Below, piece by piece: positions 9,768-19,840 of a DNA stretch of 64,000 nt. Source of the stretch: an uncultured Pseudomonadota bacterium (GTDB lineage Bacteria > Bdellovibrionota_B > Oligoflexia > Oligoflexales > CAIYRB01); assembly GCA_903915625.1 (NCBI GenBank), contig CAIWTN010000178.1, positions 4,553-68,552 on the forward strand. The letters run 5' to 3'. Positions within the stretch are counted from its first letter, which is position 1. Each line of letters starts with the position of its first letter. The notes under the pieces were generated by a model. It did not search any database and was not told the origin of the DNA. It saw only the letters and a program-made list of their open reading frames with translations. A program made the position numbers and the translations under genes.

Positions 9768-10595
9768 TTAAGGCTGCAACTTGGTGCCGAGTCCGCTGAC
9801 TAGTTGGGCTCTTAAGTCCACACTGTCGGCAATTTCCTCATAAAAGATCTGAACCAAAGCCAACCCCTGTGCGGGCGCCGTTCTCCCCGCAACTCGCCGG
9901 TCGCGAGCAGCAAGGATCCCCCTGAGATCATCGGCCGCAAACTTACCGAGGCCAATATCAACCAAGGTACCGACCATGCTTCTCACCATCTGCTTGAGAA
10001 AGCCGTGACCAATGACCCAAAATTCCAGCAGTGGGCCCTGACTAATGATGTCCACAGCGAGCACCGTACGCTCACGGGTCTTCGCCGACGAGTCGAGCGC
10101 GCAAAAAGACGTATAATCGTGAGTGCCGATAAATTCTTTGGCAGCGCGCTGCATCGCCTCGACATCGAGCGCCGCGACTACTTGCCAACTATGTGCGACG
10201 GCCCAGGGATTGCGCGCAACACCGCACCAAACCCGGTAGCGATAAGCTTTACCCCGCGCTGCCAACACCGGATGGAAGTCATGCGCCACAGGCCGGACCC
10301 CGGCAATACCGATCTCTTTGGGTAGCAGACCATTCAGGCTTTTGATCCAGGCGCGTTCTGCGTAGGGGACCTCGGTCCGGAAGGTCGCCACTTGTTGCTC
10401 CGCATGGACCCCAGTATCGGTACGGGAGGCGCCCGTGACTCGCACTGGATGCCGCAACATCGTTGCCAGCGCCTTCTCCAGATGATCCTGAACGCTACCG
10501 CCCTGAGGCTGGCTTTGCCACCCGAGAAAGGGCGTACCTATATACTGCAGGTCCAGTCGGTATTTAGGGAGCGTCGATAATACCGGCTGATTCAA
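9768..10595 (-). CDS. truA: tRNA pseudouridine(38-40) synthase
   Basis: It has YRLDLQYIGTPFLGWQ and the catalytic motif GASRTDTGVHA. TTG at 10595 is the only available start, and it overlaps the upstream stop (TTGA). Confidence 0.9.
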   Translation of the reverse strand: MNQPVLSTLPKYRLDLQYIGTPFLGWQSQPQGGSVQDHLEKALATMLRHPVRVTGASRTDTGVHAEQQVATFRTEVPYAERAWIKSLNGLLPKEIGIAGVRPVAHDFHPVLAARGKAYRYRVWCGVARNPWAVAHSWQVVAALDVEAMQRAAKEFIGTHDYTSFCALDSSAKTRERTVLAVDIISQGPLLEFWVIGHGFLKQMVRSMVGTLVDIGLGKFAADDLRGILAARDRRVAGRTAPAQGLALVQIFYEEIADSVDLRAQLVSGLGTKLQP

Positions 10596-11638
10596 CGGAT
10601 CGTCTCAAACGTAAATGCCAAACCCATGACGGTCCGACCAAATGAAAAACTACTACCCGCGGGCTGATCTAAAGTCTTAATCCACTCGAGATACGGCGAC
10701 AGATAGATGCCGCCTATGCCGATATTACGGATAGAAGCAGCTGACATCTCATCAAATGCATTTAGCCGGATATTAGCTGCGCCACCAACGACAGTCGCAT
10801 TGCGCCAGCCCGTGTTCGTCAGAGTCTTGTCCGTCGAGACAGTCACAGCACTGAAATGGGGCACCATGGGTCTCATAGCAGCGGTCTTCGTAGTGGTGCT
10901 GCCAGTGCTAGTGGAAGTGGAGCCTTGCTTTTGATTGCGTGTCTCTTGGTAGTAAAGGTGCTCCCATCCGATCCAGCCATCGAGCACGAGCCATTTTTTC
11001 GGGAAGGGCGTGATTTCGGCAGTAAAGAGCACTTGCAACGGGATCAGTAGCATCGTCGTGGGACCATTCGCATCACGCTGAATGTCAGACGACTTCAAAG
11101 TACCCAGATCCGTTGCCTGCCCACTCGTGAGCTGGGCTGCATTGCCATCGTCCGAGTAGTAGCCTACACGCAGGCCTAAACCCATCGTCGCGTACCAATC
11201 CCAGGCAAACCAATCCATGGCGATTTCTGGGTAATCTTTCGCCCGGCCGTAGAGAGCATCGTAATACTTTAGGTTGTCTCTAAACGTTGGCCTAGCCCAC
11301 ATAAGGCGGATGCGGTAGCTGCCAAACACGGTGTCGTCGCGGGATTCTCCGCGGCGAAATATACGTTTGGGCTCTTCGTTTTGTTCCTTTTTTTGCTCAA
11401 CTGTCGGCTCTACTTTAGTCTCCGCTTTTGGCTTATCATCGACTACCGGCGTGGTCGCAACTGGTAGCGGCGCCGGAGGACCGGCCTCATCTAGCGGTGC
11501 CGCTTGAGCAGCACTGCCACTATCGTCCTGCGCCAAAGCCAAAGGTGAGATGGCGAGAGTCATGGCGACAGCACCTACCGTAAATGCCGCCGCGACGCAT
11601 CCGGACACGGCTTTTACCGCCTTAGCAAAATCCCGCAT
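10592..11638 (-). CDS. Hypothetical secreted protein, probable outer-membrane beta-barrel
   Basis: A signal peptide ends in LALAQD. A Pro/Lys/Glu-rich linker follows, then an alternating hydrophobic pattern rich in aromatic and Gly residues with a C-terminal FTFETIR. No family recognised. Confidence 0.45.
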   Translation of the reverse strand: MRDFAKAVKAVSGCVAAAFTVGAVAMTLAISPLALAQDDSGSAAQAAPLDEAGPPAPLPVATTPVVDDKPKAETKVEPTVEQKKEQNEEPKRIFRRGESRDDTVFGSYRIRLMWARPTFRDNLKYYDALYGRAKDYPEIAMDWFAWDWYATMGLGLRVGYYSDDGNAAQLTSGQATDLGTLKSSDIQRDANGPTTMLLIPLQVLFTAEITPFPKKWLVLDGWIGWEHLYYQETRNQKQGSTSTSTGSTTTKTAAMRPMVPHFSAVTVSTDKTLTNTGWRNATVVGGAANIRLNAFDEMSAASIRNIGIGGIYLSPYLEWIKTLDQPAGSSFSFGRTVMGLAFTFETIR

Positions 11639-11712
11639 AATGTCACCCCTGACTAATTAAGTCCGACCTTAGCCTTGATAACTTTAGCCATCACATCATC
11701 GCGGCGCGAGGG

Positions 11713-12726
11713 TCAATGCTTGACCCCAGCGAGCGTCTCCAAAATTTGAACAGCGTTGGTGGCTGCTCCCTTTTTGAGGTTATCAGCCACATTCCAAAAT
11801 TGCAGCCATGGCGATGAGTTATGACCATACTGCAGGCGCACGCGGCTAACAAACACGCGTCCATCACCGGTCACCGTGCGCGGAGTCGGTTGTGATGCAT
11901 GGTCGTCTTTTTCATTCAACACTATGCCCTTAGCAGTACGGAACGCATCCAGTGCTTCTGCACGGGTGATCGACTTCTTCAGCTTAACGGTGACCATCTC
12001 GCCGTGGCAATGGAAGGTTGGGACCCGAACGGTCGCGGCAAAAACATCCAAATTTGGTAGACCCATAATCTTGCGGGTCTCCTGCACCATTTTGATCTCT
12101 TCATAGCAGTGACCATCGGTGTCAAAGACATCGATACCAGGGAGCAAGTTAAAGGCGATTGGCTGGGCATAGGCCTTAGGCTCGACATCCTGAAACTTCA
12201 TCTTGGCTTCAAGTTGGCCGGCTAACTCCGCGATCCCTTTTTGACCAGTGCCTGACACTGATTGATAGGTAGCCACCTGCACCAAGTCTAAACCGAAGCG
12301 GTCAGCTAAGGGCTTGAGTGCTACGACCATCTGAATCGTCGAACAATTTGGATTAGCAATAATCTGTGGCTTACTGTTCTTCACAAGAAGGTCGCCGTTG
12401 ACCTCAGGCACGACCAGAGCCGTCTCAGGATCCATCCGCCATGCGCTGCTATTGTCGATGACCGTTGATCCCTGGGCCACCAAAGCGCGACTGACTTCTT
12501 TTGAAAACGAACCACCCGCACTCATCAGCACGTAGGGGATGCCCTTCAATGCTTCGGTGCTATAGGCCTCGACTTCATGCATGTGGTCTCTAAAACTAAT
12601 TTTTGCGCCTTTGGACCTTGGCGACGCAAACAGCCGTAATTTAACGTCGGTCAGTTTGGATTCTTCCAGGTCACGCACCATCTCGCGACCAACGGCCCCA
12701 GTAGCGCCTACAATTGCAACGTTCAC
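11713..12726 (-). CDS. asd: Aspartate-semialdehyde dehydrogenase
   Basis: It has NVAIVGATGAVGREM (NADP fold) and the active-site region IIANPNCSTIQMV. The GTG start shares 1 nt with the pssA stop. Confidence 0.9.
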   Translation of the reverse strand: MNVAIVGATGAVGREMVRDLEESKLTDVKLRLFASPRSKGAKISFRDHMHEVEAYSTEALKGIPYVLMSAGGSFSKEVSRALVAQGSTVIDNSSAWRMDPETALVVPEVNGDLLVKNSKPQIIANPNCSTIQMVVALKPLADRFGLDLVQVATYQSVSGTGQKGIAELAGQLEAKMKFQDVEPKAYAQPIAFNLLPGIDVFDTDGHCYEEIKMVQETRKIMGLPNLDVFAATVRVPTFHCHGEMVTVKLKKSITRAEALDAFRTAKGIVLNEKDDHASQPTPRTVTGDGRVFVSRVRLQYGHNSSPWLQFWNVADNLKKGAATNAVQILETLAGVKH

Positions 12727-13580
12727 TAGTACTTAGCTCCTTCTGTGTCATCCGAATCATCACTCTCAGATTCAATAATTGAGTGATCTTCTAGAGGCGT
12801 GAATATCTCGTCATCTTCAGTTAATTTCTTCCACCCGAGTGCCCATTCTACAGGACCGCTCAAGGCGTAGAAGGCAGCAAACAAAAAGCCAAGTGCTTCC
12901 GGCTGATACGCAAGCAGAGTGATCACAAATAGGGACACAGCAAGAATCTTAAAGGGCTTGATGCCACGAATCTTGAGTACCTTGTGACTGCGGTACACGA
13001 TATTGCTAACCATAGCTAGTGACAGTAACGGCGACACAATCAGCAAGAATAAGGATTTGAAGGCCGCCTCTTGAATATACTGATTATAAAGCTGACCTAA
13101 CCATGAGTGCGGATCGTTGTGTAATTCATTAGTGACCAGCATAAACGTCGCAATGACAAATGCTGCCATCGGAATCGGCAGACCGGTAAAGTCACCAGAG
13201 GCTTTACCAATCGAGCTCTGTACGTTAAAGCGCGCCAGCCGCAGAGCACCGCACGCCATAAACAGGAAGCAAATCAGCCAGCCAACGCGACCGAAGTTGC
13301 TCAGTCCATACTGGTGCATCATAATCGCCGGCGCACAACCAAATGACACTAAATCGCAGAGTGAATCAAACTGCACTCCGAATTCACTAGTACCCTTCGT
13401 CAACCGCGCTACGCGACCATCCAAAACATCAAAGACTGCCGCTAGTAAGATCGCGGCCCCCGACATAGCCCACTCGCCAGTCAGCGCCTTGTTGATCGCG
13501 AAGAATCCCCAGAAGAGATTCCCAGCCGTGAGGAGGTTCGGCAAAATATAAACAGCTCCGCCGAGTTTTGGACGTTTCAC
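12726..13580 (-). CDS. pssA: CDP-diacylglycerol--serine O-phosphatidyltransferase
   Basis: It has the CDP-alcohol phosphatidyltransferase motif DVLDGRVARL...FGVQFDSLCDLVSFG and is a multi-TM protein. Confidence 0.85.
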   Translation of the reverse strand: MKRPKLGGAVYILPNLLTAGNLFWGFFAINKALTGEWAMSGAAILLAAVFDVLDGRVARLTKGTSEFGVQFDSLCDLVSFGCAPAIMMHQYGLSNFGRVGWLICFLFMACGALRLARFNVQSSIGKASGDFTGLPIPMAAFVIATFMLVTNELHNDPHSWLGQLYNQYIQEAAFKSLFLLIVSPLLSLAMVSNIVYRSHKVLKIRGIKPFKILAVSLFVITLLAYQPEALGFLFAAFYALSGPVEWALGWKKLTEDDEIFTPLEDHSIIESESDDSDDTEGAKY

Positions 13581-14338
13581 GCTGGCGACTCCTTGCGGTT
13601 TGGTTGTGGAACACTTGCTTGCAGACGTTCCTCTGCAGTCGATAAACGCAAATAACGTGGCTCTGGCAGCTCAACTTTGAAGCCGTCTGGCCATGCCGCC
13701 GCGACCTGATCAGCCAAGATATCCAAGGCCATTCTGCTTGCAGCGGCAGCCGTAAGACTGACGGCCTTATGTCCTGCGCTTGCAGCGGCAGCGGTCAGCA
13801 ATGGCCAATCGCCAACAATTATAATTTGGCAAGAAGGAGGCAACTGCGCCAACAACTGTGGTGCTAACTGCTCACAATCTACAAGCATGGACCTCATTGG
13901 CACTAATGAACTATTGGGCGCCGGCGCCACAGCCGCAAATCCGTGGGTACGCGTGGCCGGAAGAAATACAGCCACATCACTCTGATTGGCCAGTGCCAAG
14001 GCCAAGGCCTCCAGAGTGGACACGGGATAAATCGGCAGCGCCCGTGCAGACGCAGCCTGCAGCCCGAAAACAAAAGCCATACCAATTTTGATGCCGGTAA
14101 AAGAACCTGGACCTGACGCTACCGCTAGCCCAACCAGACTATCCATTGTTAACGAGGTGGCAGCGAGTGCCTCCTGGGTCAACCTACTAATCGCCGATAG
14201 CGCACCCATATTCTCGCTATGGGCACCGTGCCAAAGCAGCCTACTTCGGCCGCTCTTCTCCCCAGGCGCTGCATCAATTAATGCAATCTGAACCCCTGCT
14301 AGACTTGCGTCCACAAACAGAATGGGAACGATCGGCAT
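13577..14338 (-). CDS. tsaB: tRNA t6A37 biosynthesis protein TsaB (YeaZ family)
   Basis: It has ILFVDASLAGVQIALI and GPGSFTGIKIGMAF. I placed the start at ATG 14338, downstream of the rseP stop. Confidence 0.8.
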   Translation of the reverse strand: MPIVPILFVDASLAGVQIALIDAAPGEKSGRSRLLWHGAHSENMGALSAISRLTQEALAATSLTMDSLVGLAVASGPGSFTGIKIGMAFVFGLQAASARALPIYPVSTLEALALALANQSDVAVFLPATRTHGFAAVAPAPNSSLVPMRSMLVDCEQLAPQLLAQLPPSCQIIIVGDWPLLTAAAASAGHKAVSLTAAAASRMALDILADQVAAAWPDGFKVELPEPRYLRLSTAEERLQASVPQPNRKESPA

Positions 14339-14361
14339 GATGCTAAATGTCGGCTCGCTGT

Positions 14362-16167
14362 TCACTTGAATAATCCAACCACGCTTTCTAACATCGACCG
14401 CCAAAACCGGCTCAAATCGTTGTAGGTCGCCAGCACAACCAATGCCATCACCAGCGCAAAGCCGATTTTCTGGAAGTTTTCGATGGCCGTCTCGCGCAAC
14501 GGACGCCGACGGACTCCCTCAACCCCTATAAGCACCAACTGGCCGCCGTCTAGCACCGGAATGGGGAACAAATTAATCAGTCCTAGATTGATGCTAATCA
14601 GGGCCATAGAGCCGAGAAAGGTTTGCCAACCACGGCGTGCTGAATCCCCGGCCACTTTAGCAATAAGCATCGGTCCACCAAGAGCCTTGAGTGGAATGTC
14701 ACCTGTAACCAAACTAGCGACATTCGTAAAGAGCTCACGCGTCTGCGAAGCAGTTTGCCGCACACCAAATGCCACAGCCATCAGGGGATTACTGTATTTT
14801 TCGATAACAGGCTCCGGGTCTAACAACTGTCCCCAGAACAGTAGCGGCAAGGTGTATAGCGTAGCGGGGCCCTCTGGTTTTTGTACTTCGATGCCCTTTA
14901 ATGCAACCTTGACGTCCAGCCTTTGATCACCACGCAAGATAGTGAAGATAGCCGTAGAATCGCTGTTGGCGATTAGCTTCTCCCGCAAAGCATACACGTC
15001 ACGCACGGGTGATCCGTTCCATGACACAAGCACATCGCCAGTTTTGAGCGGGACGGTGTCTTCCCCAGCGTCCACCAGTCGAGCAACGGTAAGCTCACTA
15101 CTGCTGAGTCCCAGCAGGTGCATAAATTCGCGGTCACTGCCGCTAGCACCACGGACAGCCAAAAGACTCAGAGTCAAGGTCCGCACATCACTCATTGGCT
15201 GTTCCGCCGTTTGACCGGCGGTCGCCTTCGAGTCAGGGCGTCCTTCGTTAAGGTCTGGCAACGGTGCCGTAGACACTTTGAGCTCAACAGAATCAACTGC
15301 ATTAGCCGTATTAGCAGCAATAGCGGCGCCACCTGACTTTGCCGCTTCGCGTAGTAAAGCGACAAGGTCTGGATAAAATTTAACGCTATGAGACTGTCCC
15401 GCAAAGATGACTTCCGTCACTTTATCGCCGGTCTTAAGGCCCGCTGCAGCAGACGGAGAAGACGAAGACAGCACACTGACAATCGCCGACTGCCGTCCCA
15501 GAGCGACACCGGCACGGCCAACCGTCGCAGCGCGACCAAGCATATCCACCGTGTTTACCGCTTCAGGAGTCAGCTCAAGTTTAAGGCTCTGGTTATCTGC
15601 CCGTACGACAGTAACTGCTAGCGGCTTACCTGGTGATGCCGAGATCGTCTCCTCGATGTCACGCCAGGTCTCAACCTTACGGTCGGCAATCTGAACGATG
15701 CGGTCCCCATACTGGAGACCAGCCCTCGCCGCAGCACTTCCCTCAATGACCTCGCCAATAAGTGCCGGAGGATGCGGGATGCCACTCGTTACCAAAATCG
15801 CATAGACGACTACTGCTAATAAGAAGTTGGCCGCCGGTCCCGCAACTATGGTCGCAGCTCGTTTTGGCAATGAAGCCTGCAAAAAGCCGATGCCCTTAAG
15901 TCCGGCAGGGATATCTTCACTCGGGTGAGCTCCGGCAAACTTGACGAAGCCCCCCAGTGGAATCCAACTGATTTGATAATCGGTCCCACCTCGGCGAAAG
16001 CCCAAGATCCGGGGACCAAAACCAATCGAGAAGGTCTCGACGGCGATCCCGCACCAACGCCCCACCAGGTAATGGCCTAATTCATGAATAAACACCAACA
16101 GGCCGAGAAGGATCACGACCGCCGGAATCGGATGCGAAAAAAATTGGCTCACAGCCCTTCCTGTCAT
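14362..16167 (-). CDS. rseP: Site-2 (RIP) zinc metalloprotease RseP with an expanded PDZ region
   Basis: It has HELGHY in TM1, a C-terminal NLFPIPVLDGG motif, and three PDZ-like GLKxGD / GLQYGD segments between them. Confidence 0.85.
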   Translation of the reverse strand: MTGRAVSQFFSHPIPAVVILLGLLVFIHELGHYLVGRWCGIAVETFSIGFGPRILGFRRGGTDYQISWIPLGGFVKFAGAHPSEDIPAGLKGIGFLQASLPKRAATIVAGPAANFLLAVVVYAILVTSGIPHPPALIGEVIEGSAAARAGLQYGDRIVQIADRKVETWRDIEETISASPGKPLAVTVVRADNQSLKLELTPEAVNTVDMLGRAATVGRAGVALGRQSAIVSVLSSSSPSAAAGLKTGDKVTEVIFAGQSHSVKFYPDLVALLREAAKSGGAAIAANTANAVDSVELKVSTAPLPDLNEGRPDSKATAGQTAEQPMSDVRTLTLSLLAVRGASGSDREFMHLLGLSSSELTVARLVDAGEDTVPLKTGDVLVSWNGSPVRDVYALREKLIANSDSTAIFTILRGDQRLDVKVALKGIEVQKPEGPATLYTLPLLFWGQLLDPEPVIEKYSNPLMAVAFGVRQTASQTRELFTNVASLVTGDIPLKALGGPMLIAKVAGDSARRGWQTFLGSMALISINLGLINLFPIPVLDGGQLVLIGVEGVRRRPLRETAIENFQKIGFALVMALVVLATYNDLSRFWRSMLESVVGLFK

Positions 16168-16203
16168 GCTCTGGCCATCTAATGCGGGCAGAGCGATCGG
16201 AAC

Positions 16204-17121
16204 TCATCTAAAGTAATAGAGAATAGCCCAAATGACAGGCGCCGCAAAGAGAATGCCGTCTACGCGGTCCAAGAATCCACCGTGACCGGGTATTAAGACC
16301 CCAGAGTCTTTGACCCCCGAGAAGCGCTTAAAGGTCGATTCCACCAAATCACCAAGCTGTGCCGCCACACCGCCTACACATGCCAGACGGATCATGAAGC
16401 CGGTGTTGCCAAGTTCATTAAAAAACAGGAGATTTAGAATTAAGGCCCCGATAACACTGGCAAAAACCCCAGCGATCGCACCTTCCCAGGTTTTCTTAGG
16501 TGAGATAACTGGGGCTAATTTCCGGTCGCCGAAAATCTTGCCACCGTAAAAACGGCCACCAAAATAGGCACCTGTGTCACCACACCACGTCACCGTCATG
16601 ACCAAAAGTGGATAGCGAGCGTTTGGCGCGGCCCGGTACAGGAACCAAAACACCACCCAAGGCAGTGCCCCGTAGCACAATGAGATAAGAATCCCAAAAG
16701 CACGCCCCGCTGACACGTCGATATCTTTAGACGAAAAAATACCCAGAAGTAGTGACATCATGGCTGTCATCACCACCCAACCCACGGCAACTTCGGGAGC
16801 GCCAATGGTGGAGGCAAGCAACACACCCCAGCCCAGTAGTACCGTGATTGCCGGAAACACGTAGACATGCGGCAGCCTGCGCCCAGTCATGGGATCGACC
16901 TGGGGAGCTGGATTTGCGGCTAGCTTACGCTCGAGGGCCGGCAGCACCATCATGGCCATCTCGCTCACCGACAGAGTGCAGGCAAACATCAGGACGGTGA
17001 CTACAAACCAGGCCGGGCCGAAAATAAAACTCAGCAATGTGAACGGCAACAGCACAGCCGCCGCCAGAACCCGCTTGCGCAAATTACTCCACTGCTGCGT
17101 ACGAAGAGAAGGTGACATCAT
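16204..17121 (-). CDS. cdsA: Phosphatidate cytidylyltransferase
   Basis: It is a multi-TM protein with the C-terminal SxxKRxxGVKDSGxLIPGHGGxLDRxD signature (STFKRFSGVKDSGVLIPGHGGFLDRVD). Confidence 0.85.
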   Translation of the reverse strand: MMSPSLRTQQWSNLRKRVLAAAVLLPFTLLSFIFGPAWFVVTVLMFACTLSVSEMAMMVLPALERKLAANPAPQVDPMTGRRLPHVYVFPAITVLLGWGVLLASTIGAPEVAVGWVVMTAMMSLLLGIFSSKDIDVSAGRAFGILISLCYGALPWVVFWFLYRAAPNARYPLLVMTVTWCGDTGAYFGGRFYGGKIFGDRKLAPVISPKKTWEGAIAGVFASVIGALILNLLFFNELGNTGFMIRLACVGGVAAQLGDLVESTFKRFSGVKDSGVLIPGHGGFLDRVDGILFAAPVIWAILYYFR

Positions 17122-17939
17122 TAGTCGTGACGCTCAAACATCAACGTTCCATCCTCACCAACTACTTCACGGCCGACTAGTGCCTCGCTCTCGTCAGCAA
17201 GAACGCCAAAGCGGCGCTGCCTGCGCGCATAATCATAAAGCGCCTGCACTAGATGCTCTTTGCGGAAATCCGGCCAGTGAACATCGGTAAAATAAAACTC
17301 AGTATATGCCATTTGCCAAAGCATGAAATTCGACAGGCGCTGCTCACCACTTGTGCGAATCAATAAATCTGGCGGGGGTAGATCACAGTTGTACAAGGCA
17401 CCAGCAAAAATATCCGCGTTGATATCTTGCAGCGCAATCTCGCCGCTCTGTACGCGACGCGCGACACTCCGACAGGCGTCAACGATCTCGTTGCGACCGC
17501 CGTAGCTAAGAGCGATGTTAAGAACGAGGCCATTGCAGTCTTGCAGAAACTCTTGCGTCTCACGCACCAGCTTACGCGTGCGTTCTGGCAGTCGCTCCAG
17601 ACGGCCCATGACTCGCAGCTGGACGTTATTCGCCTTCAACTCTTCCCGCTCTTTAAGCAGGTAGGTATTCAACAAAGTCATGATAGCCAGCACCTCATGC
17701 GAGGGGCGGCCCCAATTTTCCTCACTAAAGGCATACAAAGACAACACTTTGATACCTAGCTGGTCGGCACCTTCGACCACAGCGCGCACACTATCGGCAC
17801 CGCAGCGATGGCCATAAACCCGCGGACGACCGCGCGTCTTAGCCCAGCGTCCATTCCCGTCCATTATAATAGCAACGTGATTGGGCAGCAATTCGCGCTT
17901 AAGTGATTTCGCTAGTTCCGGAAGCCGCTTGTCAGTCAT
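17121..17939 (-). CDS. uppS: Di-trans,poly-cis-undecaprenyl-diphosphate synthase
   Basis: It has HVAIIMDGNGRWA, YAFSEENWGRP and IRTSGEQRLSNFMLWQ. Confidence 0.9.
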   Translation of the reverse strand: MTDKRLPELAKSLKRELLPNHVAIIMDGNGRWAKTRGRPRVYGHRCGADSVRAVVEGADQLGIKVLSLYAFSEENWGRPSHEVLAIMTLLNTYLLKEREELKANNVQLRVMGRLERLPERTRKLVRETQEFLQDCNGLVLNIALSYGGRNEIVDACRSVARRVQSGEIALQDINADIFAGALYNCDLPPPDLLIRTSGEQRLSNFMLWQMAYTEFYFTDVHWPDFRKEHLVQALYDYARRQRRFGVLADESEALVGREVVGEDGTLMFERHD

Positions 17940-18053
17940 CAGGATTAGTCCGTTGGATTAGTCCGTAGCGCCTTTGTGAGTGAGCCACATAGCTATCATA
18001 GGCAAAAAGGTGCGTCTATTCCTTTGAATCTAGTCATTAAAATGCTGATTAAG

Positions 18054-18746
18054 TCAAGCTCCATCAACAATTAAAACAAAATTAAGTTTAGATCCAAGCC
18101 CCTCAGCACGGCGCGTTAAATCACCTAGATCACCAACCCAAAAAGCCTCGGCAGGACCAGTGATGTCGATAGCGAGAAAACCACGCCGGCTAGCGCCAAA
18201 TGCCTGCTGACAACTTCCCAACAAGTGCTTGAGTCGGTATGGAGTATCCATGATGACCAGCGGTCGCGTCAGCGAGGCCGCTGCCCGCAGCGCCACCAGG
18301 CGTCGCCCAGGCTCCTGCGGCAAGAACCCTAGATAATGAAACGCCCAGCAATCAAATGGACACGCAGCGATCGCCGCCGTCATGGAGCTCGGCCCCGGAA
18401 TCACCTGTACCGTGGCTCCCAGGCGGTATGCCATAGCAACCAAATCACGACCAGGATCCGCGAGCCCAGGGGTGCCTTGGTCACTCATATAAGCAACCCA
18501 CTGCCCCTTCTTCAGCGCAGCCTCACACTCGGAGAGTGTATATTTCTGGTCATGCTCGGAATAACGCAGGTAGTCGCGGTGAACACCGGCAGCCTTGAGA
18601 AAGCTGCGCGCAGGCCTGTCTTCTTCAAAAATAAGAAGGTCAGCATGGCGCAACGCATCCAAACTACGCGCCGGAATATCTGCAACATCACCTACATGAG
18701 TGGCAGCCATAGTTAATCGGCCAGGACCCTTTGATGCTGTACTCAC
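18054..18746 (-). CDS. Tetrapyrrole-methylase-superfamily SAM methyltransferase, RsmI-like (16S rRNA C1402 2'-O-methyltransferase-like)
   Basis: LTMAATHVGDVADIPARSLDALRHADLLIFEED aligns with the RsmI N-terminal pattern (ATPIGNLxDIT...AED). The protein is shorter than typical RsmI. A GTG start at 18746 is needed to keep the first beta-strand. Confidence 0.6.
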   Translation of the reverse strand: MSTASKGPGRLTMAATHVGDVADIPARSLDALRHADLLIFEEDRPARSFLKAAGVHRDYLRYSEHDQKYTLSECEAALKKGQWVAYMSDQGTPGLADPGRDLVAMAYRLGATVQVIPGPSSMTAAIAACPFDCWAFHYLGFLPQEPGRRLVALRAAASLTRPLVIMDTPYRLKHLLGSCQQAFGASRRGFLAIDITGPAEAFWVGDLGDLTRRAEGLGSKLNFVLIVDGA

Positions 18747-19840
18747 TAGCTATTGCCTCGGCCCAAATAAGCCCGCGATGCGCGGTAGTAAGGATCAATT
18801 GCTACGATCAAAACTTTAGCCATAGCAGCCACCGGAATAGCCATGAGGACACCCCAGAAACCAAACCAATCGCCAAAGGCTAAAACCGAAAGAATCAAGA
18901 CGACCGGATGAATTCCCACCCGTTCACCCAGCACGCGCGGCGTGACAAAAGCGCCGTCGACCGCCTGAACGACAGCAATCACTAGGATCACTCCCAGAGC
19001 CTGTCCCCAGCCAGTAAAGTTCGACAATAGTACAATGGCACTCAAAGTACCGCCGACGATAACATCGAGATACGGAATCACTCGGCACACGCCAGCGACA
19101 AAGCCAATCAGCAGCGCCGACTGAAGCCCTACGATGCTGAAGCCTATGATGTAAAGAATGCCAAGTATTCCCGCGACAATGACCTGACCTTTGAGCACGC
19201 TACGGAACGTGCGATTCATCGTCGATAACAGTCTATGCACTGGACCAACCAGGTCGCGCGGCACTTCCGAGCCGAGCACCCTAGCGAGCAATGGGTAGTC
19301 TTTTAGCATGAAGAAATTAAGCATCGGGATCAGAATCAGATAGAGTAGACCACCGGCGACCGAGGTACCTGTCTTCCAAATCCCAGCCAAGTTAGCCTGC
19401 AAATGCTGCGTAATATGGCTAACTAAATTACTCAGACCAAAAGTTTCACTAAACTCCGAAGCGTTCAGCAAACCAAGATCGGAGGCATAATCGGCAACAA
19501 GTGGCAGCCAATGATTCTGCACTTCTTTGGCTGCCGTTGGCAGCAGGTGGCCGAGCAACAGCATTTGTTGATACAAAACCGGTGCCAAGCGAACGACGCC
19601 AAAGACCACAATCGCAGTAGATCCGACAATAATGGCGAAGGCCGCCAAACCACGCGGTACCCGCAATCTCTCCAAACGGTCCACCAAGGGCAAAAGCAGA
19701 TAGGTGATAAAACTACTCACCAAGATGGGAACCAAGAACGCGCCGTAAACCGTCCCAGCTATTAAAAGGATCCCGGACGCGGCGAGTCCAAACCAAAGTA
19801 AACGACGCAGGATCACCCAATCGAGGCGTTGATTATTCAT
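18746..19840 (-). CDS. AI-2E family transporter (PerM/YhhT-like permease)
   Basis: It has 7-8 predicted TM helices, the typical length, and a C-terminal GxxGxxxAIP-like segment (FGFWGVLMAIPVAA). Confidence 0.8.
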   Translation of the reverse strand: MNNQRLDWVILRRLLWFGLAASGILLIAGTVYGAFLVPILVSSFITYLLLPLVDRLERLRVPRGLAAFAIIVGSTAIVVFGVVRLAPVLYQQMLLLGHLLPTAAKEVQNHWLPLVADYASDLGLLNASEFSETFGLSNLVSHITQHLQANLAGIWKTGTSVAGGLLYLILIPMLNFFMLKDYPLLARVLGSEVPRDLVGPVHRLLSTMNRTFRSVLKGQVIVAGILGILYIIGFSIVGLQSALLIGFVAGVCRVIPYLDVIVGGTLSAIVLLSNFTGWGQALGVILVIAVVQAVDGAFVTPRVLGERVGIHPVVLILSVLAFGDWFGFWGVLMAIPVAAMAKVLIVAIDPYYRASRAYLGRGNS

